NCBI GenBank assembly: GCA_038213805.1 | Contig: JBBQSO010000068.1 | Location: 1-28,359, forward strand | Direction of reading: 5' to 3' | Source of the DNA: Planctomycetota bacterium | Lineage (GTDB): Bacteria > Planctomycetota > UBA11346 | DNA: 28,359 nt | In this document: one piece after another, positions 1 through 9,700 of the stretch | How positions within the stretch are numbered: position 1 is the stretch's first letter | Layout of the letters: every line of letters begins with the position of its first letter | The notes under the pieces: generated by a model | Told to the model about the DNA's origin: nothing | Seen by the model: only the letters and a program-made list of their open reading frames with translations | Databases searched by the model: none | Made by a program: the position numbers and the translations under genes

Positions 1-543
1 CGCCACGCTGCGGATGCGCTCGTTGGTCTCGAGGCTGGGCTGCTCAGCCTTGCCGCCGGCCGGGGCCGTGCCGAGGTCTTCGGGCATGACCAGGGCCTTG
101 GCGTTGATCAGGGAAAGCAGCACTTCCTTGGTCTTGCCCTCGTAGGCGGTGTACCAAGCGAGCAGGTCGGTGCTGTCGAAGATCGGCGCGAGCAGCACTG
201 CGCTGCGTTCGGCGAGGTCCTTCTTGATCTCACCGTATTCCTTGTCGTAGGTCTGCACCTTGGGATCGAGTTCTTGCGCCCAGCGCTCGGTGAGCAGGTA
301 ATCGTTGGTGAGCTTCTTGATGTCGTCGGGCTTCTCTGGGTCGAAGACCCCGAGCGGGTTGCCGCGCTTGGCGCGCCCTTCGAGTTCCTTGAGCTTCTCG
401 AAGTCGGAGTCGAGCTTCAGCTTGACCTCTTCAGCGGTCTTGCCCTGGTCGTCACTGGGCTCGACCGAGAAGAATACGATGAGCGCGGCCAGGAACAGGA
501 CGGCGGAGATGATCCAGAACAGGTAGAGCTTGAGCTGTTTCAC
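1..543 (-). CDS. Membrane-anchored type IV pilus assembly protein, PilO-like by position (partial, runs off the window's left edge)
   Basis: Not in the ORF track. GTG at 543 overlaps the pilM TGA (GTGA). Open frame MKQLKLYLFWIISAVLFLAALIVFFSVEPS... to base 1, with an N-terminal TM helix followed by a charged helical region. Confidence 0.7.
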   Translation of the reverse strand, partial: MKQLKLYLFWIISAVLFLAALIVFFSVEPSDDQGKTAEEVKLKLDSDFEKLKELEGRAKRGNPLGVFDPEKPDDIKKLTNDYLLTERWAQELDPKVQTYDKEYGEIKKDLAERSAVLLAPIFDSTDLLAWYTAYEGKTKEVLLSLINAKALVMPEDLGTAPAGGKAEQPSLETNERIRSVA

Positions 544-2402
544 TTGCCGGCCTCCTTCTTGGCGGGCTTGGCGGGGGCGGCCGGGGGCGGCGTGGCGACG
601 ACCGCGTTGGTGACGTCGCAGTGAAGGGTGACGACGATCATCGGCACCTTGAATTCCTTGATCTCGGTCTTGGAGGCGCCGGTGCGCTCATCGATCTTGG
701 TCGGGTCGGTCGCGTAGGAGACGTCCTCGGCATCGACGCGCAACTTTTCCTGGACCTCGCTGAAGAGCTTTTCGCTCGGGTGGAGCGACTTGAGGTATTC
801 GGGATTGGGGGCGGCGGAGAGGCGGTCGCGCAGGGTCTGCGGCAGGCTGCGCAGGGCGTCCTTCTTGGGGATGCGCACCTTGAGCACCGCGCGCCGTGGC
901 TCGTCGAGCGGACGGAAGACGCTGGCGTCGCCGTCGGCCTTCAACGTGGTGACCTCGAGAGATTCAAGGAACAGCGCCTGGAGGGGCGGCTCGCCCCCCT
1001 CCTCGGGCGGTGGCGCACCGGGATTCACCAGGCCGTTTTCGCGGATGAGGTCCTCCATCACCGCCAGCACGGTCTCCTCGACGGCGTGGACCACGCCCTT
1101 CTGACCGCCGTAGACGGCGAAGGATTTGAGCGTTGCGGCGCTGGGGCCGACGCGCGCGAGGACCTTGCGCGAACTCTCGACGCGCACCTCGTTCTCCTTG
1201 TAGTGGGCGTCGATGCCGGCGGACATCGCGGTGTTGTCCTTGATGACGCGCGCGTAGACCATGTAGTTGATCAGCCAGGTTGCGAAGACCATGCCGACCA
1301 GCGCACCGCCTGCCCAACGCTTGGTCTTGAGAACGCGCTGCAGCTGCATCTGGCTGGGCAGCAGATTGACGTTGGCCTTGGCCAGACCGGTGCCCTGCAG
1401 GGCGAGGCCGAGGGCGACACCCAGGGACTGCAGGTCGCGCAGGAACAGGCTGCGGTCCATGCCCGCGGCGACCTGGATCTTGTCGAGGTCCTCGAGGATG
1501 TTGACGGTGTAGCGCAGGCGCTCGGCGAGGTATTCGGGCAGGTTGGGCAGGCGGAAGGTGTTGCCGGAGATGACCAGGTTGTCGAGTTTTGCGTTGGGAT
1601 TCTGCGATTTGTAGAAGCCCAGGCTGCGCTGAACCTCGCTGGTCAATTCGCCGAGCGAGCCTTCGAGGACCTTGAGGATCTTCTCGGCCTGGCGGCTGTC
1701 GCCGATCTGGCGCTTGAGGGTCTCGGCCTCCTCGAAGGAGACGCGGAACTTCTTCATGAAGACCTTGGTGATGTCGTTGCCCGACAGCGCCAGGGTGCGC
1801 ATCCACAGGGTCTCGCCCTGGTAGAGCACCAGATCGGTGTTCTCGGCGCCGACATCGAGGATGATGACGGTCTCGTCGTCCGGGAATTCCTGGTCGAAGC
1901 GCACGAAGTTGTAGAGCGCCAGGCTCGACACCGACACGCCGACGAGGTTGATGCCGGCGCGCTTGCACTTGCGGATCAGCTCTTCAGTGAGGGTGCGGCG
2001 GGCGGCGAACAGTGCGACGTCGTTGGAGGCGCCGTCGGCGGCTGGGGACAGATGGTAGCCCCACTCGACCTCATCGAAATTGCCCGGGATCTGCTGGCGG
2101 GCCTCCAGCTCCACCATCTTGTCAACCTTCTTGGGGTTCAAGACGGGGATGTTGATCGTGCGGGTGAAAATCTGCCGACCGGAGAGCGAGGCGACCACCG
2201 GCACACCACCGATGTCCTCTGCCTGGGCCAGCTGTTGGAGCGCCTTGACCACGGCTTCGTCACGGTCGCCATCTTCCGCCACGGTGATCGGCTCGATGGC
2301 ATAGGCCATCACCGTTACCCCGTTCCCGGTGCGCGCGAGCTTGGCGGCCTTGATGCTCGAATGTCCGATATCGAGGCCCCAAACAACCGGGTATTTTTCC
2401 AT
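540..2402 (-). CDS. pilM: Type IV pilus assembly protein PilM with a fused PilN-like C-terminal region
   Basis: Actin-like motifs GLDIGHSSIK, LDVGAENTD, ISGNTFRL and EIQ/EVQRSLGFY-type segment. Followed by the PilN signature NVNLLP, a TM helix and a periplasmic domain. Confidence 0.9.
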   Translation of the reverse strand: MEKYPVVWGLDIGHSSIKAAKLARTGNGVTVMAYAIEPITVAEDGDRDEAVVKALQQLAQAEDIGGVPVVASLSGRQIFTRTINIPVLNPKKVDKMVELEARQQIPGNFDEVEWGYHLSPAADGASNDVALFAARRTLTEELIRKCKRAGINLVGVSVSSLALYNFVRFDQEFPDDETVIILDVGAENTDLVLYQGETLWMRTLALSGNDITKVFMKKFRVSFEEAETLKRQIGDSRQAEKILKVLEGSLGELTSEVQRSLGFYKSQNPNAKLDNLVISGNTFRLPNLPEYLAERLRYTVNILEDLDKIQVAAGMDRSLFLRDLQSLGVALGLALQGTGLAKANVNLLPSQMQLQRVLKTKRWAGGALVGMVFATWLINYMVYARVIKDNTAMSAGIDAHYKENEVRVESSRKVLARVGPSAATLKSFAVYGGQKGVVHAVEETVLAVMEDLIRENGLVNPGAPPPEEGGEPPLQALFLESLEVTTLKADGDASVFRPLDEPRRAVLKVRIPKKDALRSLPQTLRDRLSAAPNPEYLKSLHPSEKLFSEVQEKLRVDAEDVSYATDPTKIDERTGASKTEIKEFKVPMIVVTLHCDVTNAVVATPPPAAPAKPAKKEAGK

Positions 2403-2452
2403 AACACGCTTTCGGGCGGATAGTTAGGGTAGGGTTTATATAGCCGCTCCCA

Positions 2453-2481
2453 ACTATAGCGCCGGCGCGGACAGCGGTCAA
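2453..2481 (-). promoter_or_regulatory. Sigma70-type promoter for the pilM operon
   Basis: Minus strand TTGACC-N17-TATAGT, about 50 bp upstream of the pilM ATG. Confidence 0.6.
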
Positions 2482-2612
2482 AGGCACTCGCGAGCGGGTA
2501 TGCGCGGGTGTGTGATAGCCGGAAGCGGGTGCTCCATCCTGTGCATCAACATGGCCAACGTCGTGACGTCATGCGGCCAGCGCCCCCCGCGACCGTCTTT
2601 CCCATGCTTTTT

Positions 2613-2704
2613 GTTGGGGGAGCCGCAGCAGGCGGCCTCCCCCAACGAACGCGCCTACGGCGCTGCCCCCTATGTCTGACAGACCCTGGGTCGGCTGCGC
2701 CGAC
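2613..2704. repeat. ~90-bp REP/MITE-like multi-hairpin repeat, copy 1
   Basis: GGGGAGCCGCAGCAGGCGGC...GCGCCTACGGCGCT...GGGTCGGCTGCGCCGA, collinear with the copy at 2925-3013. Confidence 0.75.
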
Positions 2705-2801
2705 TTGGTGTGCCCGGTATAGCAGGCCGCATGGGGGCAGCGTCTCGCCACTGCCTTCCCCCAGGTCGCAGGGACGCTACAAGAAGCCCCACCGACGTCA
2801 T

Positions 2802-2888
2802 GGACCTGTGGCAGAGCGGTTGAATGCACCGGTTTTGAAAACCGGCAGGGGCGAAAGTCTCTCGTGGGTTCGAATCCCACCGGGTCCG
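2802..2888 (+). tRNA. tRNA-Ser (anticodon TGA)
   Basis: Acceptor stem GGACCTG/CGGGTCC with discriminator G, anticodon arm CCGGT-TTTGAAA-ACCGG, long variable arm, T-loop GGTTCGAATCC. CCA is not encoded. Confidence 0.97.
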
Positions 2889-2924
2889 ATTTTAACCAGG
2901 GTGAGCGGCAGCAGGTGCTCGCTG

Positions 2925-3013
2925 GTAGGGGAGCCGCAGCAGGCGGCGCCCCCGACAGACGCGCCTACGGCGCTTCCCCCATTGTCAGACAACCGCAGGG
3001 TCGGCTGCGCCGA
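2925..3013. repeat. ~90-bp REP/MITE-like multi-hairpin repeat, copy 2
   Basis: Direct repeat of 2613-2704. Begins GTAGGGG and keeps the hairpins GCGCC-TAC-GGCGC and TCGGC-TGC-GCCGA. Confidence 0.75.
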
Positions 3014-3123
3014 TTCGGTGAGCGGGCGACGACGCCGAGATCTGGGGCCATTTGGACTGCAGTCACGACTCAGGGAGCAGTTCCTAGGGTCTAGGGTCTA
3101 GCGCATAGCGCCTCCCCCACGGT

Positions 3124-3152
3124 TTGCGCCGTCACGGGATTCCCGGTACCAT
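3124..3152 (+). promoter_or_regulatory. Sigma70-like promoter, probably giving a leaderless mRNA
   Basis: TTGCGC-N17-TACCAT ends 8 nt before ATG 3161. No Shine-Dalgarno sequence. Confidence 0.45.
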
Positions 3153-3160
3153 TACCGGGC

Positions 3161-5857
3161 ATGGCCGTCGCCTATATCGACTTCTACCTGGTCTCGAACA
3201 GCGGGACGGTGCTGCAGCTGCTGCCGCAGCGGACGTATGTGTTCGGGCGCGGGGACGACGTCGACATCCTGATCCAGGACAACCTCACCTCGCGTCACCA
3301 CTGCGAGCTGCGCTGGGACGATCAGAGCCTGTGGTCGTTGGTGGACCTTGAGAGCCGCAACGGCAGCTACCGCAATGGACATCGCCTGACGGGCAGCGAG
3401 GCGCTCGCGGACAAGGATCTGATCCAGGTCGGGGGCCAGCAATTCACCTTCGCGCTGTTGCCACCGGGGTCCGACCCATCGTCGCTGATCGACCGCGGTA
3501 AGGGCACCATCAGCAGCATGGAGACCTTCGAGGTGTCCAGCCACGAGCTGATGGCGGACAGCGCCAAGCCGTCCTTCAGCGGCGAGGTCACCGATCGCGA
3601 TCTGAGCAAACTGCTGCGCTTCTTCAGCCTGACCAGCAAAACCGGGCGGCTGACCCTGGCGGCGCCGCCGGAGCGCGAACTGTGGCTGGTCGATGGCGTG
3701 CCGCGGCACGCGCGCGCGGACGCCCTGACCGGGCGCGCGGCGATCGCCAGTCTGGTCTCTGATCCGGGGGCGACTTTCCGTTTCCACGAGGGCGAGCGCC
3801 TTGATGACGGGCTGTGGACCATCGCCGGGGACCGCGTGACGGTGCTGCGCGACCTGCTCGGCATCACCGACCTCTCCGACCTCGGCATCGACATCGCGGA
3901 TCTCGCCAAGGCCGAACGCCTGCAGCGCCACCTGCTGGCGCGTCTGCCGACCATACCGGGCTACGACATCGGCGTGGTCTACGAGGGGCGCTCTGGCGTC
4001 AGCGGGGACTTCTACGATGTCGGTATGATGCCCAGCGGCGATGTGCTGGTGGTGCTTGGCGACGTCGCCGGCCACGGCGTGCAGGCGGCGCTTGAGGTGG
4101 CGAGCATGATCAAGTCGCTGCGCGCGCTGCGCCGCCAGGACCACGAACTCGGCGAACTGCTCGGCCTGCTCAACGACGACCTGCGTCAAGAGCTGCTGCC
4201 TGGGCAGTTCATGACGGTGTTCGCCGCGCTGCTGACGCCGGCCACCGGCGAAGTGACCATGGCGCTGGCCGGTCACCACCCGGCGCTGCGCTTCACGCTG
4301 CAGGGCGACATCGCGATCGAGGCCCTGGGCAAGCGCGGACCGGCGCTCGGACTGTTCCCAAGCGAGCGCTTCGTGCCGATGCTGCAGCTGACCACGCTGC
4401 GCCTGGGACGCGGGGAGGGCCTTCTGCAGTTCACCGATGGCATTCTCGAGGCGATGGACGCCAAGAGCGAGGAGTTCGGCGATGAGCGCCTGGCTGCGAG
4501 CCTGGGTCGTCACCGTGCCGGCACCGCGCAGCAGCTGGTCGACGCCATCTCCGCCGACACCAAGGCCTTTGCCACCACCATCGAGGACGACGTGACGGTG
4601 CTGGCCGTGGTGCGCAGGGCGGACGCGCCCGACGGTCAGCCGGTGCCGCGCACCAGCCAGGGATCGACCGATGCGCATGAGCGCCGCAGCGGCCCGCCGA
4701 GCACCGATTTCGGCATCATCGTGCCGCGGCAGGGCGGCGCCGCACCCGAGGTGACCGCGGCGGTGCGCGCGGCGAGCGCATCGACCGGGACGACGGCGCG
4801 GCCCGCGCCGGCGTCGGAGCGCGCCGTCGCGCCGGGCGGCGATCCCTGGCTCGGCCGACATTTCGGCCAGGTCAAGACGGTGTGCCGCATCAGCCAGGGC
4901 AGCATGGGCGCGGTCTACCGCGGCCACCACGAGGTGCTCGATCTCGATGTCGCGGTCAAGATCATGCTCAACCGCGGCAACGATGCGCGCGCCGAGCTGC
5001 ACCGTCAGCGCTTCCTGCGCGAGGCGCGCGCGGCGGCGCGCATCCGCCACAATCACGTGGTGCAGATCATCGACGCGGGGCAGACTGCCGAGGGCGAGCC
5101 CTTCCTGATCATGGAGCTGGTCGAAGGGCCGAGCCTGGCGCGGCGCCTCGATGAGCACGGACGCATGGGCGCGGTCGAGCTGGTGCAGATCGGCAAGGGC
5201 ATCGCGGAAGGCCTGGCCGCGATCCACCGCCAGGGTATCGCGCACCGCGACATCAAGCCCGACAACATCCTCATCGATCCCTCGGGCCAGGCGAAGATCA
5301 GCGATCTCGGCCTGGCACGGCTAGTGGACGAGAGCGAGGCGCGTGGACTGACCAAGACGGGGATCGTGGTCGGCACGCCAGCCTACATCTCGCCGGAGGC
5401 GATCCGCGATTCCAGCACCGCCGGGCCGCCCTCGGACATCTACAGCCTGGGCGTGACCTTCTACCACCTGCTCGCCGGCCGGCCGCCGTACGAAGGCAAG
5501 GTGATGAGCGAGCTGATGCGCGCGCACCTGCTCGGCAAGTTCACCCCGTTGCGCAACCTGGTGCCGGGCCTGGATCCCGCGCTGTGCGCGCTCGTCGAGC
5601 GCTGCCTGAAGGTCGATGCCGAGGAGCGTCCGACCGCCGACCAGCTCGCGCAGGGCCTGGGCGCCCTGGCGACCAGCAACGCCGGCGGCTTCATGGCCAG
5701 TCAGGCGACGATCGTACCGCAACTGTTCCGCAAGCAGAAGCAGCGCCAGCAGCGCGGCCTGCTCGCCGACCGGCGGCTATGGATCGGCCTGATCATCGCC
5801 CTGGCGGTGGTGGGGCTGCTCGCGCTGCTGGTGGCGAACCGGCATTGGTTCATCTAG
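3161..5857 (+). CDS. FHA + DUF4388/PATAN-like + SpoIIE/PP2C phosphatase + Ser/Thr kinase with C-terminal TM anchor
   Basis: FHA: FGR..SRHH..DLESRNG. DUF4388-like: FSGEV..LSKLLRF..KTGRLTL. PP2C: SGDFYD, GDVAGHG, AGH, FTDGILEA, DDVT. Kinase: VAVK, HRDIKPDN, DLGLA, GTPAYISPE. TM: LWIGLIIALAVVGLLALLVA. Confidence 0.9.
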   Translation: MAVAYIDFYLVSNSGTVLQLLPQRTYVFGRGDDVDILIQDNLTSRHHCELRWDDQSLWSLVDLESRNGSYRNGHRLTGSEALADKDLIQVGGQQFTFALLPPGSDPSSLIDRGKGTISSMETFEVSSHELMADSAKPSFSGEVTDRDLSKLLRFFSLTSKTGRLTLAAPPERELWLVDGVPRHARADALTGRAAIASLVSDPGATFRFHEGERLDDGLWTIAGDRVTVLRDLLGITDLSDLGIDIADLAKAERLQRHLLARLPTIPGYDIGVVYEGRSGVSGDFYDVGMMPSGDVLVVLGDVAGHGVQAALEVASMIKSLRALRRQDHELGELLGLLNDDLRQELLPGQFMTVFAALLTPATGEVTMALAGHHPALRFTLQGDIAIEALGKRGPALGLFPSERFVPMLQLTTLRLGRGEGLLQFTDGILEAMDAKSEEFGDERLAASLGRHRAGTAQQLVDAISADTKAFATTIEDDVTVLAVVRRADAPDGQPVPRTSQGSTDAHERRSGPPSTDFGIIVPRQGGAAPEVTAAVRAASASTGTTARPAPASERAVAPGGDPWLGRHFGQVKTVCRISQGSMGAVYRGHHEVLDLDVAVKIMLNRGNDARAELHRQRFLREARAAARIRHNHVVQIIDAGQTAEGEPFLIMELVEGPSLARRLDEHGRMGAVELVQIGKGIAEGLAAIHRQGIAHRDIKPDNILIDPSGQAKISDLGLARLVDESEARGLTKTGIVVGTPAYISPEAIRDSSTAGPPSDIYSLGVTFYHLLAGRPPYEGKVMSELMRAHLLGKFTPLRNLVPGLDPALCALVERCLKVDAEERPTADQLAQGLGALATSNAGGFMASQATIVPQLFRKQKQRQQRGLLADRRLWIGLIIALAVVGLLALLVANRHWFI

Positions 5858-5900
5858 GGGGAGCGCAGGCGCTACGGGCTAAACCCGAGCCACCGGCGCT

Positions 5901-6791
5901 TCACGGCCGATAGACGAAGCGCACGCCCACCAGCAGGTGCCGCGTGGCAGGGTCGATGTCGGCGCGATGTGCGGCGCGGGCGGTGGACACCGGGTCATTC
6001 CACGAGCCACCGCGCAGATGGCCCTCGCTGGTCTGCTCCCAGGCGTTGCCGTGCAGATCGTAGAAGCCCAGCGCCGTGGGCAGCAAGCCACCGACAGCCT
6101 GGGCACCGCGCGCGCCGCCCGCGCTCTCCGCGAGCAGGGCGTTAGCGGCGACCACCGCGGGCGCCTGGCTTTCGCCCCAGGCGAAGGTCCCGCCGCCGCT
6201 GCGCGCGGCGACCTCCCATTGCACGTCGCTGGGCAGGCCGAGCTGGACGTGATGACTGGCGAGATAGCCGGCGCAGGCGGCCACAGCCAGGTCATGGGAA
6301 ATGCCGATGGCCGGGAAGCTGTTGCCCACAGCGATGTCGCTGGCCGAAGTCGCCGAGACCAGCGTGGTCCATGGACTGCTGCCGGCGAGCACCTGCCACT
6401 GCGCCTGCGTGGTCTCGAAGACCGCGAGGTAGTAGCGCGGCGGGGCGGCGCTGGTCGCGGCCGGATCGACGCCCGCGCCGAGCGCCCCGCTGGCGGTGCC
6501 GATCGGGGTGGCGCCGGTCTCGACCAGGCGGAAGACCATCTTGGTGGAGCGGAAGGTCGGATCGCCGAGCAGATCGGGAACGCTGCCAGCTGCCTGGACG
6601 GTGCCGCTGGCGAGATCGAGGATCTGGTAGGCCGAGCGCGTGCGGCCGATGGCGGCGCTGAGCCCCGCGTCACTGCTGCCGGTTCCCGAGCCGGCGCCAC
6701 AACCCGCGATGGCGAGCAGCAGCGCGAGGCCGGCGCTGGCGGCGCAGATGCGCGCGCGCCGTGCTGGTGCCTGGGTGCAAGCGGTGCTCAT
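5901..6791 (-). CDS. SUMF1/FGE-sulfatase-fold lipoprotein (copy A), probably non-catalytic
   Basis: True start ATG 6791 overlaps the upstream TGA (ATGA). Lipobox LAIAG-C; FETTQAQW, LPSDVQWEVAAR, GFYDLHGNAWE, RGGSW, VGVRFV. Confidence 0.85.
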   Translation of the reverse strand: MSTACTQAPARRARICAASAGLALLLAIAGCGAGSGTGSSDAGLSAAIGRTRSAYQILDLASGTVQAAGSVPDLLGDPTFRSTKMVFRLVETGATPIGTASGALGAGVDPAATSAAPPRYYLAVFETTQAQWQVLAGSSPWTTLVSATSASDIAVGNSFPAIGISHDLAVAACAGYLASHHVQLGLPSDVQWEVAARSGGGTFAWGESQAPAVVAANALLAESAGGARGAQAVGGLLPTALGFYDLHGNAWEQTSEGHLRGGSWNDPVSTARAAHRADIDPATRHLLVGVRFVYRP

Positions 6792-9700
6792 CCGTTGCTC
6801 CCCACGCCGGCGTGGAAGAGGACCTGGATCGCCTGGAAAGTCGCGCTGCCGCTCACCGGGTCGACGATCAGGATGCCGATCTCCTGGTGCACCTCGGGCG
6901 CGCCGCCCGCCGTCCACGACACGGTCGCGGTGGCCGCACCGGTCTTGGTCACGGTCACGCCGCTCGGCGCACCGACGATCTGGAACTGCAGGTCGGCGCC
7001 GGCGGGCAGCAGGGTGGCGTCCGCCACCAGCGCGTAGACCAGGGGCGTGCCGAGGAAGCCCTCGCGCGGCGGGCTGGTCACGACCTGCGGGCGCGCCGCG
7101 GCCAGCCGCGACGACACCACCACCGTGGCGGTGGCCGGCGTCGAGGTGTTGATGCCGTCGCTGACCGCAAAGGTGAAGGCGTCGTTGCCGGTGTAGCCGG
7201 CGACCGGCGCATAGCCGACCAGTCCGGTGGCCGCGTCGAGCAGCGTCGCGGTGCCGTGCGTCGGCGCGCTCACCAGCTGCCAGGTCAGGACGTGGCCGAG
7301 CGGGCCGCTCGCCGGCAACAATCCGGAGGTGGGCAGATCCGAGACCGCGTAGAGGGTGACGTCCAACGCGGTGGGGACTGGCACCAGGGTGATCGTGGTG
7401 GTTGCCACCACGCTCGCCGCCTGGCCGTCGTTGGCGACCACCTGGACGGTGCGCACCGAGCCGACGGTGAACACCCCGTTGTGGGTGAAGCGCACATTGC
7501 GCAGCGCCGCCTGGGTCGCTGCCGGGGTGGCCTGGGCGTTCAGCGCCAGGACCAGCGGCGCGCCGCCGCTGCCGCCGGTGAAGGTGCCGATGGCGGTGCC
7601 GGCGAAGGTGACCGTGCCGCCCGCGACGCCGATCTGGCCGGCGCCGGTGCCGTCATCGCGCAGGTCGAGGACGTCGCCGGCCACACCGTTGGCAAGGCTG
7701 ATCGTCAGGGACCCGCCGGGGAAGGCCGCCGAATCGGCATCGGTGAGGGTGGCCGCGGCGTCGATCGCCAGCGGCGCATCGCCCTCCGTCCAGGTGCCAG
7801 GGGCACTCGGCAGCGTGACCACCGGTGGCACGTCGACGATTTGCACCGCGATGGTCTTGGTCACCGGCACGCTGCTGGTGCCAGCGCCATCGTTGAGCGT
7901 CACCTGCACGGTGCGCACCCCGCCGACGGGCGGCAGGGCCGCATCAAGGAAGGCCGCCTGGCGCAGCAGGGCCTGGGTCGCCGCCACGGTCGCGTTCGCG
8001 TCGAAGCGCACCAGCAGCGGGTTGGTGGCGGTGCCGGTGCCGCTCACCACGCCGAACGCGGTGCCCTCGTAGGAGACCACTCCGCCATTGACCGCGATCT
8101 GGCCGGGGCCCGACCCGGTGCTGGTGAAGAGCAGCTGGTCGTCGACGGTCGCCCCGGAGGTGAACTCGACGACCAGGAAGCCGGTCGGGTAGGCGGCGGT
8201 GTCGGGATCGCTGATGGTCGCCAGGGCATCCACCGGCAGCACGCCCTGGCCCTGCTGATAGGTGGCCGCGGGCGAGGGCAGGGTGACGACGGGCGCATTG
8301 TTGACCGCACTGAAGATCACCGTCAGCACTGCGGGCACGGACACGCCACCGACGCCATCGTTCGCCACGACGCTCAGCACGCGGTTGGCGATCGAGGGAT
8401 TGGACGACACGTTGGTGAAGCTCAGGTTGCGCAGCAGGGCCTGGGCGATCGCCGGGGTCGCCTGGCTGGTGAAGACGATGGTCAAGGGGCCGCCGTCGAC
8501 ACCGCCGCTGCTGAAGCCGACCACCGCGCCATTGAAGGAGATGGCGTTGCCAACCACCGACACCTGATTCGCACCGGCGCCCTGGTTGCGCACGGTGAGC
8601 TGGTCGTCGACGCCGGCGCCCGCAGTCCAGGTCGCGACCAGGGTACCGCCGGTGAGCTGCGGCGAATCGGCGTCGCTGAAGGTGGCGGTCGGATCAAGCA
8701 CGCGCGCGCCGCTGCCTTCAACATAGGTGATCGCGCGGCTGGGCAGGGTCACGACCGGCGCCTGGTCGACCGGCTGGACGATGATGTCCTTGCCGGCGGG
8801 CGCGCTGATGCCGCCGGCACCGTTGTCGAGCACCACCTGCGCGCGACGCGTCGCCGCGCTGGGCGCCGCATCGGCATTGTCGAAGGTGATGCTGCGCAGC
8901 AGCGCCTGCACCGCGGTCGGATCGGCGGCCGCCGCAAGCGTCACCACCAGCGCTGCGCCGCTGCCGCCGCTGAGCGTGCCGATGGGCGTGCCCTCGTAGT
9001 TCACGGTGCTGCCGGCGACGGCGATCTGGCCAAGGCCGTTGCCGACGCTGCGCACCGCCAGCAGGTCGCCGGCGCTGCCGTTGGCGATCAGCGAGATCTG
9101 CAGGTTGCCGCCAGCGAGCGTGCCGCTGGCATCGACGACCGTGGCGCCGCCATCAAGCACCACCGGCCCGCCGCCCTGCACCCAGGTCACCGCCGGCCCG
9201 GGCAGGGTCACGGCGGGCGTGGTGCCGACCGCCGCACCGCTGATGGTGATCGGGAAGGCGGTGACCGGCAGGCTGTTGCCCTGGGCGTTGACGACCGTGA
9301 ACTGGAAGCCGTCGCTGCCGGCCACGAAGCCGGTGTTGACGTAGCTGAGCAGGCCGGAATTGATCTCGGCCTGGGTGAAGGTGTCGCTGAGGGTCAGCGC
9401 GGTGCCGCCGAGCTCAAGCAGGCCGTCCGTCGGCAATGCCGAGAGGTGGTAGACCAGGGAGCTCGCCGGGCCGAAGTCCTGGGTCTCGAGCGCGAGGTAG
9501 CTGATCACGCCAGAGCCGTGCACCGCGACGGTCAGGCCGGCATCGGTGACCAGCACCGGGACGTGTGACTTGGGCGTGACGGTGACGGTGAAGCTGCGCG
9601 CCACGCGGTCGCGCCCGCCGTTGGCGGTGCCCCCATTGTCGGCGACCTGCACAAATATGGTGACCACTCCGCTCTGGTGCGCCAGCGGGGTGAACTGCAG

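Noticed and set aside
2802..2888. tRNA as the integration site of a genomic island
   Set aside because: No integrase and no duplicated tRNA 3' end was seen in the window.
4860..5670. Pseudokinase status because of SQGSMG and DLG variants
   Set aside because: The catalytic Lys, HRD and Mg-binding Asp are intact, and DLG is a tolerated variant in bacterial Hanks kinases.
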